A stretch of DNA of 64,000 bases, taken from contig JASCQW010000043.1 of NCBI GenBank assembly GCA_030264375.1, forward strand, positions 58,920,289 to 58,984,288. The letters run 5' to 3'. The position numbers and the translations under genes were made by a program. The notes under the pieces were generated by a model. That model was not told the origin of the DNA. It did not search any database and saw only the letters and a list, made by a program, of their open reading frames with translations. Origin of the DNA: Carcharhinus longimanus (Eukaryota). Each line of letters opens with the position of its first letter. Positions within the stretch are counted from its first letter, which is position 1. Below are positions 37,586-50,039 of the stretch, piece by piece.

Positions 37586-38329
37586 CATAAGCCTTCTGTT
37601 CTTGATGTTTCACTTTGGCTGTATGGCAGCTATTCCTGCAAGAACAGCAGGTTATTGTCTACCTCGGCAAAAAGCTCTAGGAATGTATGAAACAGCTTAG
37701 CATAATGTGCAGTCTGAAGGGAAGAAAGTTGTGAGGGCAGCACAGGTTTTGAGATTGAGAGTGCAAGCTCAAGGAGACATAGCATAGTGGGCCATTGTGA
37801 TTGGAGGAGAGAAATGGAAAACAGGGAACAGAAGGATTTCTACAGCTATCGCAAGAGTGGGAGCAGGACTATATAAGCAGAGGAATGTGAATGGATTCTT
37901 ACTTTGGCTGCCCTAGTGAGGTCAGTAAATTTCCTCCTGTACTGCAGCCTGGTCTTTGGAAAAATGCTGGCAGAAGTCCATAGTTTAGTAGCACCTTCCT
38001 ATTACAACTGGCTAATTTGACAGGAGACCTGTCACTATAAGGAATGAAAATCCATTTTCTGTTCCTTATTCCACCTTGAGAATTGAAATTGTTGCACTGG
38101 ATTGCCCTCAATTTTGTCTTGTTGCTGCAGTAACTTATGCTAGACTGACTGTAGTAGGGTCTGGTACATACAGGTTAATGTGGGACTGAATACAGTACCA
38201 TCCACTAGTGGCACATGAGCCAGAGTCAGCCTAAAGATGGACATAAATGTGTAAAGNNNNNNNNNNGTAAAGGACCAGGATGGACTTAGTTCCCTACCTG
38301 TACCCTCTAACTACATATATGCAATAGTT

Positions 38330-38780
38330 ATAAGAACCTGGTTAGACTGCACCATGAGGAGTTCTGGACCCAACACCTTAATGGCGAGGATGAAGCACAG
38401 GCTTACCAGAATTATATCTGAACTTCAAGTCTTAAATTTCAAGGAGAGACAAGAAAGTAGGGGTGCAGTCCCCGGAATTTAGAAGGTTAAGGACTGATCG
38501 AATCAAAGTTTTCTGGATATTAAAGGGACTGACGGCAGTGGATTAACAGAAACAATATTTGCTGCTTGGAGGGCTTAGTGCTAGGAGTTATCATCTAGAC
38601 CTTTCAGGAGTGAAATTAGAAAACAATCGTTCACACAAAAAATGACAAGTTTGGAACTCCATGCTTGATCAGTTGTTAATTTTAAATCTGAGATTTCTAA
38701 CCTAAGGTATGGAAGGCAGGCAGGTGTATGGAGTTAGGTCACAGATCAGCCACGATTGTGCTGAATGGAATAACATTTCC
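38330..38780 (+). mobile_element. Old CR1 3' fragment
   Basis: Degenerate RT C-terminus and CR1 tail (GGAGTTAGGTCACAGATCAGCCACGAT..TGAATGG). Confidence 0.7.
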
Positions 38781-39509
38781 TCTGAGATTTCGATAGATGT
38801 GCAACATTAGGTTTTCTCCCAAGCGTTAAATTCTCTTCATCATTATTCAAACAGAATTCTATTTCATATTCAAAAGTTCAGATTCCTAGTTATGGTTAGC
38901 TTACTTAACACAAAGATAATCCTTCCTTTGGAAAAGGCAAGAAAGAGCAACATCACTAACAAGAGAAACTAAAGCACACATACTGTACTGTCCACACTTT
39001 CCTGACCTATCTGGTTCTAGCTTTTCTTGGCTTGGATTGTCCTGTCTCTCAAGCTGTCTATCCTATATGGTCCTGTCTCATTCTGTACTATCCACCCTGT
39101 CCTATGGTGTACTATGCTCCTACACAGCACAGCCCTGTACGTGTGCTGGCTTATCTGTCTTGTATTGCATGGCCTTGTCACATCCAGGACTATCTTGGTA
39201 TGCCTTGCACTTTTCAGCAGCTTCAGCACTACCAAACTAAAAATGAATAAGCCAAGAATTTCCAGGGTTTAGACTCAAATGGACTCAACAACAAACTATG
39301 AATACACAATTGGAAAGTTGCTACAGTAAGGACCACAACATACTTTACCAATGGCAGAAACGTCTCGAGATTGACTAAGGTCAGAACGGTTTCAATCATA
39401 TCTCGGCAGTTGCCAGTAGTTGTGCGACATCAAACATAATGATAGCTCCTATTCTTCCAAAATCCACCCACCGCCACCACCCACCTTTCTTCTTGATGGT
39501 AGGGAAATA

Positions 39510-39907
39510 CTGTGGAGATGCCGGTGTTGGTCTGGGGTAAACACAGTAAGATTAACTTGATAGCCAAGGCTATCAATTTGATAGCCAAGTTCCGCACACG
39601 AGGACGGCCTCAACCGGGATTTTGGGTGCATGTCACACTATCTGTAACCCCCACGGCTTGCAAAATCTCACTAACTATCCTGGCTGGAGACAAAACACAC
39701 CTCTTTAACCTGTGCTTAACCCTCTCCCCACTCACATTGTTGAACCTTTAAGACTTGATTACCTGTAAAGACTCACAATCCAACCATTATTTTGTAAATT
39801 GAGTTTGTGTCTTTATATGTCCTGTTTGTGAATAGAACTCCCACTCACCTGATGAAGGAGCAGCGCTCTGAAAGCTTGTGGCTTGTGCTACCAAATAATC
39901 CTGTTGG
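39510..39907 (+). mobile_element. Truncated Penelope copy with inverted 5' tail
   Basis: 39551-39907 is the reverse complement of about 32560-32860. 39510-39550 is the element tail in the opposite orientation. Confidence 0.9.
39846..39880 (+). ncRNA. Minimal hammerhead ribozyme motif in Penelope pLTR
   Basis: CAC-CTGATGA-A-GGAGC-AGC-GCTCT-GAAA-GCTT-GTG: conserved CUGANGA and GAAA cores, 5-bp stem II, CAC/GTG stem I, palindromic AGCT in place of stem III. Confidence 0.7.
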
Positions 39908-40065
39908 GTACCCATACCCAGGAGTCCCCCCCACCACCCAATCCCCTGGGGGGCCCCGATTCCCCTACTTCATTCCAGCAGGGTCTCCCAGTAGTTCCCC
40001 AAAAGTGGGGAGATAGTCTGAATCCCGCCAGAGCAGGCTTGGAGACTTCAGTCAGTGGCCATGAA
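39905..40065 (-). mobile_element. MITE fragment of the 28.4-kb family (second half of the split copy)
   Basis: Reverse-complement similarity to 28600-28789. Confidence 0.8.
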
Positions 40066-40519
40066 GCAAGAAGTAAGAGCAGAAATCCAGAACTTGTTAA
40101 TTTGCAGCATGGAGGAACCAAGACCATGAATAGGGCAGCTCAAACTCTCTAACGGTGACTAAAGAAGTGTAACTGGGGTGGGCATACGGCTGCTGGAGAC
40201 CTAGGTAGACCAACTGGGCAGCACTTGAATCCAAGAATTTCTAAGGAGAGGCAAATTCCCTTCATGTCTGGGAGACAAGGTAATTGGGTTCATGTTCAGC
40301 AAATTAAAAACTGGAGCTCCACCCGGCTGATTAAAGAACAGGAGCTAAGTTCTCAGTTGTATCCTGGTGGATATGTGGCTTTTACTCTCCACTATAAATA
40401 GTTTGTTTCTCAGAACTAAGCTTTTCCATTAATGTTTATGAAGATTTGGTGGCAGTGGAATAAAAGCTCACTGTTTTCTAATTTTTATCCAGTCTGTGTG
40501 TTGCATGCTAGACTATATA

Positions 40520-41000
40520 ATGGTACCACTGTGGTAAATCTTCCCTGCACTCTCTCTCATGTCTCAAAATCTTTCCTAAAGTGTGTCATTTAGAATTCGT
40601 TACTGCACTGCAGCTGCGCTCTAACCAGTGATTTATAAAGTTTTAGCTTTTGTATTTTATGCCTCTATTTATGAAGCCAAGGATCCCATTCTTTAAACAG
40701 CCTGAGCAATATGTCCTGCCATCTTCAAAGATTTGTGTATGAAAACCTATAGATCTCTCAGTTCATTCTACCCGAGAAATATAAATAGGAGTCAGCCAGA
40801 TGGATCTTTGAGCCTGCTTCATCATTCAATAAGATCATGGCCGACCTTCAGCTTTCATATTCCTGGGTTCCCTTAGTGTCCAAAATGCTTTTGCTCTCTG
40901 TCTTTAATATAGTCTGAACGCCCACAGCCCTCGTGATAGAGAATTCTGGAGATTCACAACCCCGAGTGAAGCAATCTTTCTTCATTTCAGTCCTAAAACT
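40520..41000 (-). mobile_element. CR1 fragments (RT C-terminus and 3' end)
   Basis: CCTCTATTTATGAAGCCAAGGATCCC and GAGCCTGCTTCATCATTCAATAAGATCATGG are CR1-like. Confidence 0.7.
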
Positions 41001-43559
41001 CCCTCATCCTGAAACTATAACCTGGACTTCCCTCTTCAAAGCAGGTAAGGGAGTCAGGAACAAAACCCAGCCAAGCCCATGCACCTGGGGACGGGTGGGA
41101 GAAGTATCCACAAAGGATCCACAAAGGTGAAATCTTCATTGCTGGGGGCTGGGTGCAGGCTGGAGTCTGATCAGCTGATCCAGGATAGTGTGCGAAGGCA
41201 GCAACCAAATTTGTCGGTGTGGAGGTGAGCTGTTTAAAAGGCCTGCCTCAGTGCTGTGGGACTTTGGCCCAATTAAAAAATATGCAAAGGCCCATGAATC
41301 TTCACCCCTTGCACCCACTTCACCCTCCAAACACTGCCCATGACTCTTCATGCACTCTATGGAAAACTCTATTTTCCACCCACATCCTCAGGCCCCTCAT
41401 GCCCCCATGCCTAGCTCTGCCCTTCCACTGCAATACATATTGAGGCTTGCCTGAGAGTCCAGACAGTTATTAGAATGCATCTGCATTTCAGGAGAAATAT
41501 TGTTTGATTTATAGCTGGTCACTGTGGTCAATTTCTTAATGTGTGTTTTCACAATTAAAGTGTTTTTTGAAACTTCAAAAAGCCTGGATGATTGACATAT
41601 TTATTAGCTGTAGGCCAGCCTTTTCTTCTCAAACATAGGAAAAAGTTATCAATGGATTAAACATGCTCAAAACTTTTTTTGCACACACCACAGAACACCA
41701 TCCTGTACATTGGTTCAAAAATGTATACAGTGGGTAAATGGGCATGGAAGTTGTGTATAGCGATGTTTGTCTCTTTAACAGTACAGCAATAGAGGGTCAA
41801 CTGACTTGAGGGACCAATGGAAACTGAGGATGCATGTTCAACCAGACGGTGGAGTCCTCTCTCGGCAGAATTTTCTGGCAACATATAATAAGCATATAAA
41901 ACTAGAGCTGTGCCCCAGGGCTTCGTGCTGCATAAACCTCCTGTACCTAGGCTTCTCTATTCATTAATATCTTCCTTATTCCAGAACAAGGTCTGAAATC
42001 TCTCTTAATAATTGTAGGGGCCAAAATATATTAGGGAAGTGCCAGAGCTCAGTTCGGCAAATCAATTCATTTAGTAGCTTCTCCCAATTTTGTACACCCA
42101 GATGAGTCTTGAATCAGCATCTTACAACTAGTGTGATAATATGCTGAACAGTGATGCTTTGCAGCACTAGTCAGTAGCCACCTACAAAACTCTAGGAATA
42201 TAATTTTGCAGCAAATATAAGTCCATAACTTCCTCAGAGCTGTAATCTCTGGATTGCCACTCTGGATGGATTTATCCTCATTGAAATTTCGATTCGAGTT
42301 GAGTCGGATCAGACCAGAGGGGGAATTGGGTTGGGGGTGGAGCTGGTGTGGGGTATCCACTGGTGGACTAGTTTGCATGCAGGGTGTCCCATCTGATCCC
42401 TGGTCTGGGTGTTTAAATACTTACTCCAGAGTTAGAAGTGATTTTTTTCCTTCTAATATTTCAGAGTCACTATCAGAAACTGGCAGAACCATCTGAAGTT
42501 AGCAATTTAAATCGCTGTTGCTTTTTGCTACCAGCCCAGTACAATTGTCCAGGAGCGTTATTACTTCTGGACAATTTCCAGGTGAACTTTTACATGGGAA
42601 CTTGTCAAAGGGATTCCCCAATAATCTTGGGGATAAATGTGATGCTGGGGAATCAGGAAGTTATGGATCATAATCTTAGAAGATGCAAATAAATTTTGAG
42701 AGCTTGTGGTAGAATGTCTGCAAAAATATCTCTGACAGCAGTAGACCTGGTGTTTAATAAAATACAAAAGAGTTTGGTGTTTAATAATGAATTTAGCTTT
42801 TTAAAACATTATTAACAGTGACTTTTTTGCAGTATCACGTGAGATCTTTTTGCATGTGGAAACCAACAGGCACCATTGTCCATTGACACATGATTGCTCA
42901 GGTTAATGAAAGTTAATTACATATAGCTTCGAAGTCATGGCTGAAGAAGCTTCTATTGGATCATTGGAAAGCCTCAGTTGGGCGACAATGAATTTTAGTC
43001 TATGGAAGTAATAAAACAAAATTAATATGCATACTTGGGTTTACCCTTGTGCGCCCTTTTTTTATCTCTAAAATACAAAAGAGAATCTTATCGTTTCCAC
43101 TTTAGCAGAAAAGTGTGAACCAATAAAAAAGTCAAATCATGAGAACTAACCACTACAGTAAATTTGCTTTCAGCTCCCATAAGTAATTCTGCGTCCAGGA
43201 CAGAATTTATGTCTAACAGCCATTACTTCAGTACCAAAGCCCCCTTGCATGATTCTGTTATTCTTCATATGTAAGCTGATGGAAAACAATATTTCCTCAA
43301 AAGCAGCATGTGTCAGCAAATATTTAAAACAGCCCAACTGATCATTTCATTATACTGGGCTGGAGTTTTCTCTAAACATAATAGTAAGGCAAATGGCATT
43401 CATTGTTCCTTTTGTACAAAAGGTAGAACAACTTCAGGGGATGTGCAGTGAAATTTAAAAGTCCATGGCCCAGTTGCTCTACTTTATTATTAGCATCATG
43501 AAAATAGTATCTTGTTGGCTATCCCAACATGAAAATGTACTGATGTAGGCAATATTTGT

Positions 43560-43892
43560 TCTTTTCTGTATGCATCATGGGATATGGGCATTGCTGATTG
43601 GGCAGCATTTATTGCCCATTCTTAATTGCCCTTTAGCTGAACGCATTTAAAAGTCAACCACATTGCTGTAGATCTGGAGTCACATGTAGGCCAGACCACG
43701 GTAAGGATGGCAGATTTCCTTCCCCAAAGGACATTTGTGGACAAGATGGATTTTTACAACAGTTGACAATGGATAGTCAATCATTATTAAACTTTTAATT
43801 CAAGTTTCAGCATCTGCAGTGGTGGGATTTGAACCTTTTTTTCCCAGAACATTACCCTCGACTAATCCATTGACAATACCACTGTGCTACCG
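43560..43892 (-). mobile_element. tRNA-derived SINE sharing its tail with the LINE end at 48.3 kb
   Basis: Minus strand has head GGTAGCACAGTGGTATTG and B-box GGTTCAAATCCC. Its tail GGGCAATTAAGAATGGGCAATAAATGCTG also occurs at about 36712-36775 and 48308-48375. Confidence 0.8.
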
Positions 43893-44289
43893 ATATGAAC
43901 TAAACTTCCTTTAGAAAATTAAGTCAAGCCATTCTAAGGCAATGTATCTTTTCAATAAAGTGATGTATTGATTGCTGCCAAACAATCTCTCTGTTATGGA
44001 AAATAAATTACTGCAAATGTGGGAACTCGTTCTTTCAGGATTTAATTGTTGCTGGAGATTTAAATAAATATGTTTAACTTGTTTTTTATTTTTCTTTCCT
44101 GTCTCTTTTTTCTTTCTCTAATCCGACTTTGCTTTCTGGTTCTTTATTTCGTAATCCTTCAAACTAATTGATCAATGTGATATAGATTTGTTTTCCCTGC
44201 TAATGCAGTTCCCAGACTTCCAGTTTCCCTTACAGTGATGTTATCAGCTTGTACTTTCATCAATTTTCCTAAATTCACTTATATAATCT

Positions 44290-44672
44290 AGAGTTTAGAA
44301 AAATGAGAGGTATTCTCACTGAAGTGTACAATATTCTTATAGGGCTGAAACCAGTGGAGATGCAAGAAGGATGTTTCCACTGGCTGGCATCCAAGGGACA
44401 CAGTATCAGGATTTAGAGCTGAGATGAGAAAAAATTTATTCACTCAGGGGATAATGAATCTTTGGAATTCTCTACTCCAGAGGGCTGTGGACACTCAGTC
44501 ATTGAGTCTGTTCAGGGCAATTAGAAATTAATTTCTAGCTATTAAAAGGTGTCAAGGAATATGGAGAAAGCGCAGGAAAAAAGCATTGAGGTAGAAATCA
44601 GCAATTATCTATTTGAATAATGAAGCAGACTCAATGGGCTGAATGGGCTACTCCTGCTCCTATGTTCCTATT
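44290..44672 (+). mobile_element. CR1 3' end
   Basis: LEFRKMRGILTEVYNIL...FTQG..NLWNSL and tail GGGCTGAATGGGCTACTCCTGCTCCTATGTTCCTAT. Confidence 0.85.
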
Positions 44673-45954
44673 TCCTAAGTCCAATCAGTAGTATTTGTCA
44701 TTAGATGCCTTGTTGCTGGAAATTCTGGCCCTGTTTCTTGGGGGTGGGATTTGTGCAAGTTGCTTCTCGGGATTTTCCCTGAAATGAAAATCTGACCATT
44801 TCCAATTACAGTTAAGACAGTGGGACATTCTGCTTTTTTCTTCTTTTCTGCAATTTTGTGACCTTTTCTGTCGACCAAGTTAAGACAAATGGCACCCAGC
44901 TGGATTGAATTTTCACGGCCTTGTCCAATTATTCTGATAAAATCTCATTAACCTGAAACATTACCTTTGCTTCTTTCTTCACAGTTTCTGCCTGACCAAT
45001 AAGTGTATCCATATTTTCTGTTATGTTTCAGATTTCCAGCATTATTTTGTTTTAGTTTTATATCTGACCTAGACATTCCCAGGTTTTTATCTTCTGGTCA
45101 CCATACTGCCTTAGTGTGAATGGGTTTGTCTTAATTTACCACAATGTATTATCTGAGAAGAAACTTTCTTTTGTATGAATCTTTCTTATAGAAGGGAGAA
45201 AAAAATCTACTTTTAAACAATGACATTAACTGGGCTAGCATAACTAGTTAGTATAAATGATGTGGATTCTGTTAGCAGAATTAATATGGTCATATAGATA
45301 ATAGCATTTATTCTGGCCTATTTAACAACAATAATTTTAAGTGATCATTTTATATATAGCGGAGTTCAATAGGTTCATTGTCTAAGAAATAATCTAACTA
45401 ATGGTTGCACTACGTGAAGTGGGAAGTTAAAAGAAAATTAGCTCAAGGGACAAAGCCTAGTACTGCCAGTATAAGAATTTGGGCTAAATTAATAAAATTG
45501 CATTCAACTGTGAATGAATTTGCAGTGGAGCCTTTCCACCTTATTTGGAATAAAGCTATCTCAAATTGTGGGTTCTCTGATAACAATGTGCAGCAGGAAG
45601 AGATGCAGTGGAGGTTATATTGAGTGCGCCTGCATTTTTTTCTTTTTTCAGGCTAAATCTTACATAAGGAACAAAATAAAGAGCACAAGTTTAGTCTCAG
45701 AACAGTCATTCATTGTAAGTCAGGTGGTGTGCAATTTTCATGTGCTAGCCTTGAACATGGCTCAACGTGGCTGCAACTCCTTTTTCAGCTAATTTGCTAG
45801 AAGCAGCTGTCAGATGTGACTCATGTTTCCTTTTAGAACTTATCCATTAAGGCAAAAGAATCATGTGCTGCTGCAGACCTTCAAGACTTGCAGCACCTTA
45901 AAGAGACAACCACACTTAGTTTTCATTTCACAAGTTTAATGTGTTAACCACCAT

Positions 45955-46365
45955 GCAGTCGCACTCTCACCCCTGAGTCAGTCGGTTGCGTGTTCAAGTT
46001 CCATTGCAGGACCTGTGCAGAACAATCTAGGATGACACTGCAGTGCGGTGCTGTGGGCGTGCTGCACTGTTAGGGGTGATGTCTTTCAGATGAGGTGTTA
46101 AATGAAACCCTGTCTGCTGTCTCAAATGGATGTAAGAAATACAAGGGCACAATTTTGAAGAAAAATGCTGGCATTATCCCTCACATTCTGGCTGATATTT
46201 ATCCCTCAATCCTTCAAATGTCACAAAAATCAAGTTATTGAGTCATTGTCACTATGTTGCTTGTGGAAACTTGCTGAGTGAAATTGGCCGCTGTGTTTCC
46301 TACAACAGTGATTTCACTTCAAACATAACTTCATTAATTGCGAAGTGAAACTTTGAGACGGCTGA
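45955..46365 (+). mobile_element. Near full-length DeuSINE (SacSINE1-like)
   Basis: tRNA-like head with GTTCAAGTTCC, Deu core GTGCTGCACTGT..GTCTTTCAGATGAGGTGTTAAA, then ATATTTATCCCTCAA and AAATTGGCCGCTGTGTTTCCTACA. Confidence 0.85.
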
Positions 46366-46387
46366 CGGGATGGCGGCTCAACACATA

Positions 46388-46700
46388 GGGCCTGATTTTA
46401 CCAAATCACGATAAATTAGGGCAGCGGGCCTGTAACGCAATCGGCACCCAAAACCGAGCAGATCGTGCCTTTACTGACATCCAATTTGGGCGCGGATCCT
46501 GTCCACGCCCCAATTGGGTGGCCCAACGATTTAAATGCGTTAGCATGCATTTAAATCGACTTAATGAACTGTGTGCCCAACTCTACTGCCAAATCCCATT
46601 TTATCATCTTCGGATCCGTTCCGGATCTGGGCTGTAACCAACCTGCAGAATAAAAATCCGAAGCGGATTCCTATTCTGCAGGGGAACCTCCTAAGCCCAT
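46388..46700 (+). mobile_element. Left part of a Harbinger-type MITE related to 11399-12220
   Basis: Same TIR GGGCCTGATTTTACCA and shared TTTAAATG....GCATTTAAAT.GACTTAATG. Truncated by CR1. Confidence 0.75.
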
Positions 46701-46704
46701 CCTC

Positions 46705-47990
46705 CTCAAACACCCTACTAATATCCCCTTCCGCCTTCAAAGATCTGTGGACAAACATGCAAAGATCCCTTTGTTCCACAGAACTTCCTAGTGTCCTACC
46801 ATTTATTGAGTACTTTCTTGTCAAATTACTCCATTCAAGGTATATCACCTCACATGTTTCATGGTTAAATTCCATCTGCCACTTATCTTCCCATTTGACC
46901 ATTCCATCTATATCTTCTTGTAGCCCAAGACACTCTGCCTCACTGTTAACCGCCTGACCAATCTTTGCGTCATCCGCAAACTTACTAATCCTATCCCCCA
47001 CATGTCATCAATGTCATTTATATAAATGATGAATAATAGGGAGTCCAACACAGATTCCTCTGGTACGCCACTGAACACTGGTTTCCAGTCACTTAAGTAG
47101 CCTTTGGTCATCGCTTTCTATCTCCTACAACTAAGCCAATTTTTAATCCACTTTATCAAATTACCATATTCCATCTGCATTTACCTTCTTTATAAATCTC
47201 CCATGTGGGACCTTGTCAAAGGCTTTGCTGAAATCCATATAAACTACATGGACTGCACTACCCTTGTTGATATACCTATCACACCCTCAAAAATTTAATT
47301 AGATTTGTTAGGCATGACCTCCCTTTGATGAAGCCATGCTAATTATCCCTGATCAAGCTCTCCAAGTGGCCTCCCTACCGCTGACGTGAGACTCACTGGT
47401 CTGTGGTTCCCTGCTTTATCTCTACAATAGCTCTTAAATAGCGGAACCACATTAGCTGTTCTCTAGTCATCTGGCACCTCTCCTGTTGCCAGAGAAGAAT
47501 TGAAAATTTGGATCAAAGCCCCTGCAATCTCCTCCCTTGTCTCTCACAGCAGCGTAAGGCACAATTCATCTGGACTTGGAGATTTATCCACTTTTAAGGT
47601 TGCAAACACTTCCAATACCTTGTCCTTCCCTATGTCAATTTGCTCAAGAACCTCACACTCTCCCTTAATTCCATACCATTGTCCTCATTCTCTTGGGTGA
47701 ACACAGATGTGAAATATTTATTCAACACTCTACCAAAATCCTTTGGCTCCACCCACAGATTGACCCTTTGGTCCCTAATGAATCCTACCCTTTCCCTGGT
47801 TATCCTCTTCCCATTGATATATTAATACAATGTCCTGGGATTTTCCCTACTTTTACAAGCCAAGCTTTCTCATATCTCTATTTGCATTCTTAATTGCTTT
47901 CTTAAGTTCCACCCTGCACTTTCTATACCTCACTAATGCCTCCACTGATTTGCTCCTCTTGTACCATAAAGGATAAAAGCATCCTTTTGA
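46705..47990 (-). mobile_element. CR1 LINE RT region
   Basis: ISKFADDAKIG, WQMEFN..CEV, SGVPEESVLDSLLFIIYINDID, and DFSKAFDKVPH-like text. Confidence 0.93.
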
Positions 47991-47994
47991 TTTG

Positions 47995-48380
47995 TACCCT
48001 TTTTACAAACATTCATTCCCTCCATCAGTGGTAGCAGTGTGTATAAGATGCATTGCAAGAACTCGCCAAGGCTCCTTGGAGGGCACCTTCCAAACTCATG
48101 ACCACTACTATCTAGAAGGACAAGGGCAGCAGGTACATATGAACTCCACCACCTGGAAGTTCTCCTCCAAGTCACTCACCATCCAGACTTGGAAATATAT
48201 TGCTGTTCCCTTACTGTCACTGGGTCAAGATCTTGGAACATCCTCCCTACTAGCACTACACCACAGGGACTGCAGCAGTTCAAGAAGGTAGCTCATGACC
48301 ACATTCTCAATTAGGAATGGGCAATAAATGCTGACCTTCCTAGCAAAGACCATAGTCCTTGTACGAATAAAATAAAAATA
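47995..48380 (+). mobile_element. 3' end of a second CR1-type LINE family
   Basis: ACCACTACTATCTAGAAGGACAAGGGCAGCAG...CCAAGTCACTCACCATCCAGACTTGGAAATATATTGCTGTTCC...GGGCAATAAATGCTG with an A-rich end. Confidence 0.75.
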
Positions 48381-48389
48381 AGTCATTCT

Positions 48390-48900
48390 TTTCTTCTTTT
48401 CACATTTTTCTATATTTAAGTCCACTTACCACCTTTCTGCCCACTTCACCATCCTGACTATAGTATTCTCAAGTCTCCAACCACCTTTGTCACTTTCTAC
48501 TATGTTGTCAATGTTATAATGCTGCTTTCTACACTGCAATCTTGGCTTTAATTCTTAAAATTAAAAAAATGCAATGAAACAAAACTATTTCTTGCAAACA
48601 CCACTGCAAACCACCTCCCAAAAAAAGGGCATTCATCCATCACTATACTTTGCTTCCTGTCACTGAGCCGATTCTATATCCATACTGATTCCTGGAATTG
48701 CAAGATTGTCACATATAGGGAGATTGGATCAACTGGGCTTGTGTTCACTGGAGTTTAGAAGAATGAGAGCGGATCTCATTGAAGTGGGTAAGACTCTGAC
48801 AGGACGGCTCAGACTGGATGCAGGGTTAATGTTTCCATTCGCTTGGATGCAAAGGGGTGTCTAGAACAAGAGGTCACAGTCTTAGGATATGGAATAGCCA
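48390..48900. mobile_element. CR1 fragments (48390-48685 minus, 48690-48900 plus)
   Basis: Degenerate RT text, and LGLCSLEFRRMRADLIEV on the plus strand. Confidence 0.65.
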
Positions 48901-49544
48901 GCACCAGCGAGAAACACCTTTGGTTTTCCAGCTGCTAGAAGCACTTAGGTTTTATTGAGGACTTGCAGCTTTTTTAATTCTTTCAATGAATGTAGATATC
49001 GCTAGCAGGACCAATATTTGTTACCCTTCCCCAAATGTCCTTGAACTGAGTATCTTGTTCAACATTTTCAATGTTTATTTATTTGACTGTTCTTGATTCG
49101 TTTTCTGATATTGGTTTCCTATTAAAATGTTTGCAGATTGTCTGTAAGTCTTTCTCAATAATCATCTATTAAAGTTTAACTGTGTCTCCTTGAGGCCCAG
49201 GAAAGAATATGGTAAAACAAGTCAACTTGCTTTGCTTTGCAGATTTTTTTAACTTGTTGAGCAATGAAGCTAATTAAAGCTTTTCCGAGATGTGTAAGAT
49301 TTAATTAAAGGCAAAGTTATTTTCAGCACACTGGTGTGTTTATCAAGCAATAAGGGTATAATGTAAACATGCTCATCATAGAATACAATCTCTGAGCATA
49401 TGCTGATGTTCGGGAACCCTGCCAGCCTCCTGCATACACTGGAAAATCACAGGCAGCACAACTTATGATTAGCTGATCTGCACTGGCAGCAAATTACTTT
49501 GAAAATTGCACTACCTCCTCATCTACAGCAACATACATTTATCT

Positions 49545-49630
49545 CTTCCCTTAGGTGGTATCTTTGGATTGAGGATGATTTGCTTCCACTCAGTTCAGTG
49601 GGTTGTCAGATGGCTGACAGGTCCAATGTG
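49545..49630 (-). mobile_element. RTE 3'-end fragment
   Basis: GGATTGAGGATGATTTGCTTCCACTC...GATGGCTGACAGGTCCAATG parallels 62740-62870. Confidence 0.6.
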
Positions 49631-50039
49631 TACCTTAACATACATTTACATAGTTCCTTTAACATCCCAAGAAGAAAAATAACCAACTTACAATTGAAGT
49701 TGAGAAAATATGCAATGAAAATTACAAGGATACGTATCTACCATACAGAAATCACAGCTCTATATCAAAATAATTTTTACAAATTTGAACTCTTAACCCA
49801 AAACTTTCCCTGCTAGGAACATGTAACAGATATGCAAATGAGGAGCCCAGCAGACCCTGCAGGATTTTCATTCAATTAAGAATAACAATGTTAAAAAAGA
49901 TTTTCATGATTAATGGCTCTTTTGGTATTCTACAAACATGCTACCTTGCTTGGAAAAAGTCCCCAAAAGTGTGTGCCATTTGTGACACACTTCCTCCTGG
50001 CTAGGTTAGTCTCAGTTACATGACTAAGCATATCAGTCA

